From Candidatus Buchananbacteria bacterium (GTDB lineage Bacteria > Patescibacteriota > Patescibacteriia > Buchananbacterales > UBA6539), in NCBI GenBank assembly GCA_041664165.1, contig JBAYLH010000001.1, forward strand, positions 9,469 through 73,468: a stretch of DNA of 64,000 bases. Reading direction: 5' to 3'. A model generated the notes under the pieces. That model worked only from the letters and a program-made list of their open reading frames with translations. It made no database searches and was not told where the DNA came from. Shown one piece after another: positions 9,824-18,165 of the stretch; the first letter of the stretch is position 1, and each line of letters begins with the position of its first letter. Both the position numbers and the translations under genes were made by a program.

Positions 9824-10588
9824 TTAAAACCATTTAGCCGTAGCTAAAATTATAATTAAAGAAACGACGCCGATCGCCAAATAACGAATCACCACTTTTT
9901 TTTCCTTAATACCCAAAAGCCAGTTGCGGGACAAACCGGTGATTAAATAATAACTAATCGTAACAACCAGACCGCTGACATAGACACTGACCGGCAAAAA
10001 ACTGACCACCCAAAAAACTTCCGTTGCCAATAAGGCGGTAATGACAATGTGGCGCCAGCCGGTTTTTATCGTATGGTCGCTGGCCCAAACGATTTGATGG
10101 GTCAAAAAAAGACTGATTAAAGCAAAGGCGGCCAAAAACGGCCATAGCGAAAGGCCAAGAAAAATAATCAGGCTGAAAAAACCAGAAGTCATCAGAAAAA
10201 CCGTCAGCAGATTAATGTTAACTGAGATATTTTCCAGGGAGTGAACCTGGTATTTCGGCCGGAAATGGTACTGAACAAAAATCGTTTCCAAAAATACCCA
10301 GATTAAAGCCACAAAACACCCCAAAAAAATGTGCTTTAAAAAATTGCCCTCGGCAAAAATTAAAAAAATAAAACAGCTGCTTAAAAATAATACCGGGGTT
10401 AAAACATTGCGCCAGAACTTTCCGCTTTTAAAATTATAATCCATTAGCTGATAAATACCCAAAAAAACAATCACCAAACATAGAATAATCGCCCAATAAA
10501 ATTGTTTGGGTAAAGCGAAAACTATTTCAATCAGAAAAAAGATTAGGAAAGAAGAAAGAATTGGAATAAAACGATTGATAATTTTCAT
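9824..10588 (-). CDS. Integral membrane protein of unknown function
   Basis: About 8-9 hydrophobic helices; overlaps the upstream gene. Confidence 0.7.
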   Translation of the reverse strand: MKIINRFIPILSSFLIFFLIEIVFALPKQFYWAIILCLVIVFLGIYQLMDYNFKSGKFWRNVLTPVLFLSSCFIFLIFAEGNFLKHIFLGCFVALIWVFLETIFVQYHFRPKYQVHSLENISVNINLLTVFLMTSGFFSLIIFLGLSLWPFLAAFALISLFLTHQIVWASDHTIKTGWRHIVITALLATEVFWVVSFLPVSVYVSGLVVTISYYLITGLSRNWLLGIKEKKVVIRYLAIGVVSLIIILATAKWF

Positions 10589-11391
10589 TGGCTTGCCGGC
10601 TGGTTAAAATTAAGGCTCCAATCAATATTGCTGGCTTTTATCCTGGCTGCTAATATTTTTTGGATTGATTCGGCGTTAATCATGACTTCAATGACTATTT
10701 TCCCGGAAACGAGTTCAAATTTTTTAAAAACGATATTATCCTTGAGCCAATCAAGTTTGGCCGGATCAATATTAAATTTTTTGACCTGGCTTTTATTAAC
10801 CTGATTAGCATACTGTTTAAGCAGCCAGTCAGCAATAAACGGCGGCAAGCTTAAATCGCCGATTTTGGCTTGAGTAACCTGATAGCTGCCGGCATTATCC
10901 AAAAAATTAGCTTTCATTCTTAAAGTCAGGTTAGCGGTAAAAGGTTTTATCATCAAACCGAATAATTCGATTTCGCCGTTATCAATAATAAATTGGGTGT
11001 TTTGGGCAAACATCGCTTTGGGATCGGCGGCTAATTTTTGCCGGACAAAAAAAGTCAATTCATTTTCCGTCAGCTCGGCATGGAGTATTTTATTCTGCTC
11101 GTCGTAAGAATAAACCACCGACTTTTGGGAAAAATCAGCGGGGTTTTGCGGCGGAATCAGACGCGAAGGCTGGGGCAAGCGGTAAAAAATCGAAGAAAAA
11201 ACCGGTATTTCAATGATTCCGGTTTTAGCGATAACGGCCAAACCGGCAGCTAAAAAAATAACCAGCAAAACGCTAAAAATCAACCAGCAATTGGTTTTTA
11301 ATTTTCGCTTTCTGACTCTCTTCGGCTTTTCCGGCACCGGCAAAGAAGCCTCTGACTTTTGAATTAATTCTTCCAAACTGATTCTTGCCAT
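10585..11391 (-). CDS. Membrane-anchored hypothetical protein
   Basis: Basic N-terminus, one TM helix, LTENELT and AKIGDLSLP motifs. Confidence 0.65.
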   Translation of the reverse strand: MARISLEELIQKSEASLPVPEKPKRVRKRKLKTNCWLIFSVLLVIFLAAGLAVIAKTGIIEIPVFSSIFYRLPQPSRLIPPQNPADFSQKSVVYSYDEQNKILHAELTENELTFFVRQKLAADPKAMFAQNTQFIIDNGEIELFGLMIKPFTANLTLRMKANFLDNAGSYQVTQAKIGDLSLPPFIADWLLKQYANQVNKSQVKKFNIDPAKLDWLKDNIVFKKFELVSGKIVIEVMINAESIQKILAARIKASNIDWSLNFNQPASQ

Positions 11392-11392
11392 A

Positions 11393-11866
11393 TTAGCGGA
11401 TAATAATTAGATAATCGGCTTTGTCGGCATTGCCTTCGTTAGAACCGTCTCCGCAAGAATTATTATGAAATTCCGCCTTGGCTGTCTCCATATTTTCTAC
11501 GGAAACCGTCGGAAAAGTCAAGCCATTGCAAAGATTGTCTTTGACGTAATAGTAATAATAATCATTGGCTCCGGTTCCGCCTTTGTCCAGAGGGTCTTTC
11601 GGCAAGGCCGGAAAATATTTTTTAAGCTGGCTATCGACAGCTTCGCCGCGACCCAAATAGCCGCTGTCTGGCGGATAATTACCGTCATTTTCCTGAGCAT
11701 ACATCAACAAAGCCTTAACGTACTGGGAAGCGTCATAAGCCCGTTTAGCATCGTGGCTTTTAGCCTGAGCGCTTCTAAAGGCAACCAAGCCAATCGTCGC
11801 GATTAAAGCGATAATTAAAACCGCAACCATCAATTCAATTAAAGTTATGCCTTGATTTTTTCTCAT
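11393..11866 (-). CDS. Type IV pilin / pseudopilin
   Basis: Prepilin cleavage site G|ITLIELMVAVLII and a PKDP motif. Confidence 0.9.
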   Translation of the reverse strand: MRKNQGITLIELMVAVLIIALIATIGLVAFRSAQAKSHDAKRAYDASQYVKALLMYAQENDGNYPPDSGYLGRGEAVDSQLKKYFPALPKDPLDKGGTGANDYYYYYVKDNLCNGLTFPTVSVENMETAKAEFHNNSCGDGSNEGNADKADYLIIIR

Positions 11867-11879
11867 ATAGCTTAAAAAA

Positions 11880-12281
11880 CTAATTAGCTTTTAGCCAGCC
11901 GTACTTAACCTTTAATTCATCGAGTTTGGCCAGGCCTTTATCAATTTTGGCTTGGTCGGCACTGCCTTGACCCTGCTCAATCAGCTCAAAAGCGACTACT
12001 AAATTAAAATGCAAATCCAAGTATTTAGCCGGCACGCGCAAAGCCAAAATCCGGCTTTTAACTCCGGCATAACTTTCATTTTGCCAAACTGGCTTTAAAA
12101 TATCAATTAATTCGGATTCGTATTTGCTTTCCAGTTCCGGTTCGGTTAAAACCGGCGGCTGAGCCGTTTCGTTATCTATCGGCTGAATCGGTTTATTTTT
12201 AACGCAGCCAAAAAGTACCGGCGCTAAAAAAAATAAAATTACAAAAACAAAAAAACTTTTTTTCCGCCCAATTTCAATCAT
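11880..12281 (-). CDS. Putative lipoprotein
   Basis: Hydrophobic signal peptide ending in the lipobox LFGC. Confidence 0.65.
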   Translation of the reverse strand: MIEIGRKKSFFVFVILFFLAPVLFGCVKNKPIQPIDNETAQPPVLTEPELESKYESELIDILKPVWQNESYAGVKSRILALRVPAKYLDLHFNLVVAFELIEQGQGSADQAKIDKGLAKLDELKVKYGWLKAN

Positions 12282-12290
12282 ATTAAGGCT

Positions 12291-12623
12291 TTAATAAATT
12301 AGGGAAACCAAAATAAAAACCAAAATCCCGATGATCATTAGAGTGACTAAGGTCGTCAAAGCGGTCATCAAAGCCTCGGCAAATCTTTGTTTAAAGGCCA
12401 AATAAGCCGGATAGCCAAAAACTAAAACTGCGGAAACCGCGGCGCTAAAAACAAAAATCAATAAAAAAAGCAAAGACCCGGCGATGGAATTCAAATTCGG
12501 CATCGCTTGCTGTAAAACCATCAACGAGACGACGACAAAAAAACAGTAACTCGCCTGGGCGATACCGCCCAAAAACCCGAATTTTAATACTTCAGATTCA
12601 TTAACTTTTTGTTTTCCCGCCAT
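12291..12623 (-). CDS. Small 3-TM membrane protein
   Basis: Hydrophobic ORF in a tightly packed same-strand run. Confidence 0.65.
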   Translation of the reverse strand: MAGKQKVNESEVLKFGFLGGIAQASYCFFVVVSLMVLQQAMPNLNSIAGSLLFLLIFVFSAAVSAVLVFGYPAYLAFKQRFAEALMTALTTLVTLMIIGILVFILVSLIY

Positions 12624-12649
12624 ATTTTTGATTTTAATAATAATTATGA

Positions 12650-12988
12650 TTAAAACGACATCTCCCCTTTTTCCATCGTCATCTCAATCCAAATCCCGTC
12701 TTTTTCATCAAAACGATAAGCATTAAACCGATGGACTTTTTCCGTTTCGGAATAAACATATTCCACCGATGCCTGACTGCCAATTCGGCGCGAACCAATC
12801 GTTTTTTTGTCAATTACCAGCGGCTGGGTTGTCCGCTGCAATTTCATTTTTCCCAAAGGCCCGTCAAATTCAACAATTTCAACTGTCCCCAGCCCGGCGT
12901 CTTCGGGCAAATCCTGTGTCTGCTGGTTGGTAATTTTAAAATTATCCTTGATTTGGCCGATAATACTTTGCCATTTTTCGTCAGTCAT
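12650..12988 (-). CDS. Hypothetical protein
   Basis: ORF between pilT and the membrane-protein gene with normal composition. Confidence 0.65.
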   Translation of the reverse strand: MTDEKWQSIIGQIKDNFKITNQQTQDLPEDAGLGTVEIVEFDGPLGKMKLQRTTQPLVIDKKTIGSRRIGSQASVEYVYSETEKVHRFNAYRFDEKDGIWIEMTMEKGEMSF

Positions 12989-13039
12989 AAATCTTTAAAC
13001 TTAAATCTTAAATCTAGAAATTTAACAAGACTTTGAGTT

Positions 13040-14083
13040 TTAATAATAAGTATTTAAGGTATCAGCGTTGCCGATCCGGTTCAAATAAGACTGCCGATCA
13101 ATTAAGCCTTCCTCATAAAGCCGCTTTAAGGATGAATGCATGGTAATCATGCCTTCGCTGCGCCCGGTTTGCATCGCTGAAGTGATGTGAGCGATTTTAT
13201 CTTCCCGGATTAAATTCGCAATGGCCGGCGTGTTAATCATAATTTCTCTAGAAACAATGATCCCGCCGCCTTTTTTGGGCAGCATCTGCTGGCAAATTAC
13301 CGCCCGCAAAACCGAGGCTAATTGCATTAGAATCTGCTGCTGCCGGTGAGACGGAAACATATCGACAATTCTTTCAATGGTTTCCGCCGCCGTATTGGTG
13401 TGCAAAGTCGATAAAACCAAGTGGCCGGTTTCCGCCGCCGTCAAAGTCGCCGAAATTGTTTCCAAGTCTCTCATTTCGCCGACCATAATCACGTTTGGAT
13501 CCTGGCGCAAGGCCCGCTTCAGCGCTTCCGAAAAAGAATGGGTATCGCGACCCAACTCCCGCTGTTCGATAATACTTTGATCTTCTTGAAAAATAAATTC
13601 AACCGGATCTTCAATTGTAATAATATGCGCTCTTCTCTCGGTATTGATTAGATTGATTAAAACCGCCAAAGTCGTTGATTTACCGGAGCCGGAAGGACCG
13701 GTAACTAAAATTAATCCCTGGTTTAAATGGCTCAATTTATAAATCGTCTCATCGAAATAAATTTGTTTGGGAGTAGGAATAGATCCCGGAATAACCCTGG
13801 CGGCTAAACCCAGCTGGCCTTCCTGCTGGTGCAAATTAACCCGGAAATGACCCCCGGCAATATCTAAAGCGAAGTCAAGCTCTTTTTCTTTTTTAAAAAC
13901 ATTAACTTCACTTTCTTTCATTAAAGAAAAAATTGCCACCTCTAACTCATTATTGACAATGGCTTCTTCGGAAACAACTTCCAAATTGCCTAAAATTCTG
14001 AGAGTTGGTTTATTGCCCGCGACCAGATGAAGGTCGGAGGCTTTGCTCTTTAAAGCTAATTCAAAATATTTTTTTATATCCAT
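13040..14083 (-). CDS. pilT: Type IV pilus retraction ATPase
   Basis: ASDLHL, Walker A GPSGSGKSTT, TIEDPVEF, LRQDPNVIMVGEMRD, ETGHLVLSTLHT. Confidence 0.92.
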   Translation of the reverse strand: MDIKKYFELALKSKASDLHLVAGNKPTLRILGNLEVVSEEAIVNNELEVAIFSLMKESEVNVFKKEKELDFALDIAGGHFRVNLHQQEGQLGLAARVIPGSIPTPKQIYFDETIYKLSHLNQGLILVTGPSGSGKSTTLAVLINLINTERRAHIITIEDPVEFIFQEDQSIIEQRELGRDTHSFSEALKRALRQDPNVIMVGEMRDLETISATLTAAETGHLVLSTLHTNTAAETIERIVDMFPSHRQQQILMQLASVLRAVICQQMLPKKGGGIIVSREIMINTPAIANLIREDKIAHITSAMQTGRSEGMITMHSSLKRLYEEGLIDRQSYLNRIGNADTLNTYY

Positions 14084-14088
14084 CGTCT

Positions 14089-14166
14089 CTACGAATTACA
14101 AATAAATACGAATATACAAATAGACTGCCCGAAATTCGTATATTCGTAACAATTCGTAATTTGTAG
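14089..14166. repeat. Palindromic TACGAAT/TACAAAT array
   Basis: 33-bp imperfect inverted arms around a 12-nt loop; related copies at 45212 and 62518. Confidence 0.85.
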
Positions 14167-14171
14167 CTACA

Positions 14172-14618
14172 TTATAACACAAAATCCTGCTTTTTTAAAA
14201 GAAATTGATTAGCTTTTTGCAATAGGTCTTGGCCATTTTGGAAAAACAGCCTTTGATGGGCAGTGGTAAAATCAAACCAGCCGTAGTCTAAATGCTCGTC
14301 AGAAATTACGATCTTGTCTTGTTTGACCTCGCCGAGGTAAAAAATAACCGTTTTGTAAACTTTCTGCCTCACGCCGTTTTTAATTTCCGTATCAAAATCA
14401 TAATCATAACTTTCCAAAAAACCGTCAATAATCTTAACTTCGGTAATTCCGGTCTCTTCCTCTAGCTCCCGCAAGGCCGTCTGTAAATCAGCTTCGCCTT
14501 TCTCCTGAGTCCCTTTGGCGAAATTCCAATATTGGCCGCCGTGGTGCAACAAAAGATAACGGATGCCCCGGCCGTCTTTGGTATAAATAATTACGCCCGC
14601 TGATTTTTTTCTAATCAT
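14172..14618 (-). CDS. NUDIX hydrolase (Ap4A hydrolase-like)
   Basis: Nudix box KGTQEKGEADLQTALRELEEETGI, plus SDEH. Confidence 0.88.
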   Translation of the reverse strand: MIRKKSAGVIIYTKDGRGIRYLLLHHGGQYWNFAKGTQEKGEADLQTALRELEEETGITEVKIIDGFLESYDYDFDTEIKNGVRQKVYKTVIFYLGEVKQDKIVISDEHLDYGWFDFTTAHQRLFFQNGQDLLQKANQFLLKKQDFVL

Positions 14619-14662
14619 AGTTAGGCTAGTAGGTTGGTAGGAAGGTAGGTTGGTAGAAATTC

Positions 14663-15946
14663 CTACCGTCCTACTACCCTACCCCCCCCCCACTTACTAA
14701 TTAAATACTTTTTTCCTTTTAACTTCTCCGGCAGGTACTCCTGATCCTCTTGCCAGTCGTAGCTTGGCGAATACTTATAATCTTTGCCGTAATTCAAATC
14801 CTGCATCAGCTTGGTCGGCGCGTTGCGCAAATGAAGCGGCACCGGTTCGTCCATGGTCTCTTTCACATCCTGTTTGACCTGGCCATAAGCCTGGTAAACT
14901 TCAACTGACTTTTTGGCCCGCGCCAAATAGACAACGCATTCCGCCAAGGCAATATCACACTCCGGCATGCCTAAAAAATGAGCGGCCTGGTAAGCGGCAA
15001 CGGCCAAAGGCAGCGCCGCCGGATCGGCTAAACCGATATCTTCAACCGACATCCGAACCAGCCGCCGCGCGACATAAAGCGGGTCTTCGCCGGCCTCCAG
15101 CATCCGACCCAGCCAATATAACGCCGCATCGGCATTGCCGCCGCGAACGGATTTATGCAGCGCCGAAATAATATTATAATGCTGCTCGCCGGCTTTGTCG
15201 TATAAAAAACTGGACTTCTGCAGCGACTCTTTGATTATCTCTTTATCTAAAATGATTTTACCTTGCGAATTAGGTTTAGTCGAGTTGACGGCAAATTCCA
15301 AGGCATTTAACGCCACCCGGCCATCGCCATTGGCAAGACTGGCTAAATAACGAATCAGTTTATCGTCAGCGTCAATTTTTAACTTCGGAAAACCGGTCTG
15401 AACCGCCCGCTGGATAATCAATTCTAAATCATGCTCCGACAGCTGGTTTAAGACAAAAACCCGGCTGCGGGAAAGCAAAGCGGAGATCACTTCAAAACTC
15501 GGATTTTCCGTCGTCGCCCCGATTAGAGTAATCATCCCCTGCTCAACATAAGGCAAAAGCCCATCTTGTTGGGCTTTGTTCCACCGGTGGATTTCATCAA
15601 TGAATAAAATTGTCCGCTGGCCGTTAAATTTACGCCGGTCGGCCGCCAGCTTGATAATTTCCCGAAATTCCTTAACCCCGGAGCTAACGGCGGAAAGCTG
15701 GACAAAATGAGATTTAGTCATTTTGGCGATAATTCGCGCCAACGTACTTTTGCCCGTGCCCGGCGGACCCCAAAAAATCATGGACGGAATTTCATCGTTT
15801 TCCATGGCCTGGCGCAAAAGCTTGCCTTCGCCGACAATTTCTTTTTGGCCGACAAAGTCAGCCAAGCTTTCCGGCCGCAAACGGTCAGCTAAAGGCGCAT
15901 TACGCTTGATATCTTGTTGAAATTGTTGGTCAAATAGATCACTCAT
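14663..15946 (-). CDS. rarA: Replication-associated recombination protein A (MgsA)
   Basis: PLADRLRP, GPPGTGKST, FIDEIHR, GATTENPSF, VPLHLRNAPT. Start placed at MSDLF. Confidence 0.95.
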   Translation of the reverse strand: MSDLFDQQFQQDIKRNAPLADRLRPESLADFVGQKEIVGEGKLLRQAMENDEIPSMIFWGPPGTGKSTLARIIAKMTKSHFVQLSAVSSGVKEFREIIKLAADRRKFNGQRTILFIDEIHRWNKAQQDGLLPYVEQGMITLIGATTENPSFEVISALLSRSRVFVLNQLSEHDLELIIQRAVQTGFPKLKIDADDKLIRYLASLANGDGRVALNALEFAVNSTKPNSQGKIILDKEIIKESLQKSSFLYDKAGEQHYNIISALHKSVRGGNADAALYWLGRMLEAGEDPLYVARRLVRMSVEDIGLADPAALPLAVAAYQAAHFLGMPECDIALAECVVYLARAKKSVEVYQAYGQVKQDVKETMDEPVPLHLRNAPTKLMQDLNYGKDYKYSPSYDWQEDQEYLPEKLKGKKYLISKWGGGRVVGR

Positions 15947-15959
15947 ATTTTTGAGCCCG

Positions 15960-16117
15960 CCCCGCACCAAGCCTATATTTGAACCCTGATATCAAACTGG
16001 CTGAGCCGGAGACCTGCTTCGCCAATGATTAAGACTGGGGGGCTAGTCAAGGCAGGCGACTTCGCGCGAACCAAACTTAAATTTTAATTAAACTTAATCG
16101 CGGGCTTTGGTGCGGGG
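15960..16117. mobile_element. MITE-like element with 11-bp terminal inverted repeats, between 69-bp direct repeats of the rarA 5' end
   Basis: CCCCGCACCAA (15960-15970) and TTGGTGCGGGG (16107-16117); 15883-15951 is identical to 16116-16184. Confidence 0.7.
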
Positions 16118-16187
16118 TCAGCTAAAGGCGCATTACGCTTGATATCTTGTTGAAATTGTTGGTCAAATAGATCACTCATATTTTATA

Positions 16188-16245
16188 GTGACATGTTACA
16201 TGTTACATGTCACATGTCACTTACTTACTACCTGTTACTTATTTC
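16188..16245. repeat. ACATGT(T/C) heptamer tandem array
   Basis: acatgtt acatgtt acatgtc acatgtc, followed by acttacttac. Confidence 0.8.
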
Positions 16246-16249
16246 TAAT

Positions 16250-16942
16250 TTATTTACCAAATCTCCTCTGCCTCTTATCATACTCGGCAATAATTAAATC
16301 TAAATCTTTTTCACCAAAATCCGGCCAGGTTTTTTTAATAAACATAATTTCCGAATAAACGGATTGCCAGGTTAAAAAATTGGAAAGCCGCTTTTCGCCG
16401 GAAGTTCGGACAATCAAATCCGGATCGGCAATACCCTGAGTCCAGAGATTTTTAGCAATCAACTCTTCCGTAATTTTTTTGGCCGGTGTTTTTTTGGCGG
16501 CGATTTTTTTAACCGCTTGCAAAATATCAGGCCGGCCGCCGTAGGAAACGGCGAGATTAAATAAAAGCTTATGGTTATTTTTAGTTTTAACCTCGGCTGA
16601 CTTAATCATTTTTTGGATATCAGGGGCTAACCGTTTTATCTGGCCAATGACTCTGACTTTTACCCCTTGTTTAGCCAATTGGCTGATATCTCGGCTTAAG
16701 GCCAGGCGAAAAAGATCCATCAAATAGCTTACTTCTTCTTTGGTGCGATTCCAGTTTTCACTTGAGAAGGCATAAACCGTTAAAACCTTGATTCCCCGGT
16801 CAATACACCACTGGGCAACCTTTTTCATTTTGTCGTAGCCTCGGCGATGGCCTTCCAAGCTCGGCAGACCCTTACTTTTGGCCCAGCGGCGATTACCATC
16901 CATAATAATGGCTAAATGGACTAAAGAGGGTTTTTGGTTCAT
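16250..16942 (-). CDS. uppS: Undecaprenyl diphosphate synthase
   Basis: HLAIIMDGNRRWAK, YAFSSENW, RTSGEKRLSNFL. Confidence 0.95.
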   Translation of the reverse strand: MNQKPSLVHLAIIMDGNRRWAKSKGLPSLEGHRRGYDKMKKVAQWCIDRGIKVLTVYAFSSENWNRTKEEVSYLMDLFRLALSRDISQLAKQGVKVRVIGQIKRLAPDIQKMIKSAEVKTKNNHKLLFNLAVSYGGRPDILQAVKKIAAKKTPAKKITEELIAKNLWTQGIADPDLIVRTSGEKRLSNFLTWQSVYSEIMFIKKTWPDFGEKDLDLIIAEYDKRQRRFGK

Positions 16943-17132
16943 ATTTCCCGCTAGAAATTAAAGGTTAAAAAGGCTTAAATTTTGGGCATTTTATAGTAAT
17001 TTCTGAATCTAAGCACCCAAACTCCATTAATCACTTCTAATGGGGTAAAATCGCCAAATTTAAGCAAATAAGACTACTTCATTGTAACGCTAAAAGCCAT
17101 TCTGGTCAAAAGAACAGCGGGGGTCAAAAATG

Positions 17133-17161
17133 TTGACAAAAATATTAGAATATGCTATAGT
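17133..17161 (+). promoter_or_regulatory. Sigma70 promoter
   Basis: TTGACA-N17-TATAGT with an extended -10 TG. Confidence 0.7.
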
Positions 17162-17223
17162 ACAATCTGCTTCGGATACCGCAACCAACTGGGCTACAAA
17201 CCAGCCCAATAAGAAAGGAAGCT

Positions 17224-17436
17224 ATGTTAAACCGAGTTTGGATGGTAATCGTGGTTGGCGGTTTTCTCGGCTGTGCTGTAGCCTGGTTCTTCGGAACCAT
17301 TGGTGAATGGCCGACTGGAAAGACCGTGGCCTTGACAGCTCTAAGCTGCCTGGCTATCGGAGTCGCCATGTACCCGCTGACCCTCCGCAAGGATGGTCTC
17401 GGATACTGGGGTGTCTTGAGGAAGTATTTCTTCTGA
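17224..17436 (+). CDS. Small 2-TM membrane protein
   Basis: Preceded by the promoter above and AAAGGAAG; two hydrophobic helices. Confidence 0.65.
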   Translation: MLNRVWMVIVVGGFLGCAVAWFFGTIGEWPTGKTVALTALSCLAIGVAMYPLTLRKDGLGYWGVLRKYFF

Positions 17437-17564
17437 CAAGACCCCTCCCGCCCGCAAGGCCGCTTTAGTCGCTCCTAACCCGAGAGACGACAGCGGCCTT
17501 GTCTTCTTTCTACCGGAGTTGATTTTTTAGCTAAAAGTGCTAAACTAAAATCTGTATTTAATAA

Positions 17565-17833
17565 CGGGCCTGCCTGCCGGTAGGCAGGCTGTAGTCCCGC
17601 CCTTCGCGAAGGGCGGGATAAACTCCGCTGCCCGCCCGCCTGCTTCACAGGCGAAGCGGGCGGGACTAGCGCGTCCCTCACCTTTAACAATCTTTCACCT
17701 TTGTCGGGGTGTAGCGTAATTGGTTATCGCGCACGCTTCGGGTGCGTGAGATTCCGGGTTCGAGTCCCGGCACCCCGATAAAGGTGAGGGATTCGGGACG
17801 ATGAGGTCAGGAGTTCGAATCTCCCCAGCCCGA
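17565..17833 (+). pseudogene. Fragmented outer tRNA-Pro(CGG) enclosing an intact tRNA-Pro
   Basis: CGGG[20-nt hairpin]CTGTAG...CTAGCGCG at the 5' end; TTCGGGACGATGAGGTCAGGAGTTCGAATCTCCCCAGCCCGA at 17792-17833. The reconstructed acceptor CGGGCTG/CAGCCCG pairs perfectly. Confidence 0.75.
17705..17778 (+). tRNA. tRNA-Pro(CGG), CCA not encoded
   Basis: Acceptor CGGGGTG/CACCCCG; anticodon arm CACGC-TT CGG GT-GCGTG; T arm CCGGG-TTCGAGT-CCCGG. Confidence 0.93.
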
Positions 17834-17838
17834 TTTAG

Positions 17839-17860
17839 AATCGCTTGAAGCGATTTTTTT
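17839..17860 (+). terminator. Terminator after the tRNA-Pro locus
   Basis: aatcgcttgaagcgatt followed by a T-run. Confidence 0.65.
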
Positions 17861-17957
17861 GTTGTCAAAAAAGCTCTAATAACTTAAAATATAACTATCA
17901 CTCCTTTCGAGTCTCATCGTGTTACTGCCATTGTAAAACCGAAAGGAGGTGAGTTCC

Positions 17958-18119
17958 ATGTTTTGGTCAAAGAAAAAGTCAAAAAATCACCAGAAAGAAA
18001 AACCGAAAAGAAAAAAAAGAGGCACCAAAAAATGGAGCTTACTCTGTATGCTCTTCGAACATAGTTGGAGTGGAATGGTCTGCCGCCGCTGCGGCATCCA
18101 TTATGAGCCGAAGAAATAA
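17958..18119 (+). CDS. 53-aa basic protein with a C/H/C/C zinc-binding motif (DUF1660-like); not in the ORF track
   Basis: SD AAAGGAGGTGA; MFWSKKKSKNHQKEKPKRKKRGTKKWSLLCMLFEHSWSGMVCRRCGIHYEPKK; terminator follows directly. Confidence 0.7.
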   Translation: MFWSKKKSKNHQKEKPKRKKRGTKKWSLLCMLFEHSWSGMVCRRCGIHYEPKK

Positions 18120-18148
18120 AAGCACCTATTCCCCTGAATAGGTGCTTC
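18120..18148. terminator. Bidirectional terminator
   Basis: aagcacctattc-(loop)-gaataggtgctt between convergent genes. Confidence 0.75.
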
Positions 18149-18165
18149 GTCTTTTATTAAAAATC

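Noticed and set aside
17475-17690. 71-aa minus-strand ORF, and ORFs 29256-29471 and 30522-30755
   Set aside because: They are translations of hairpin repeats, tRNA sequence or the antisense of real genes.
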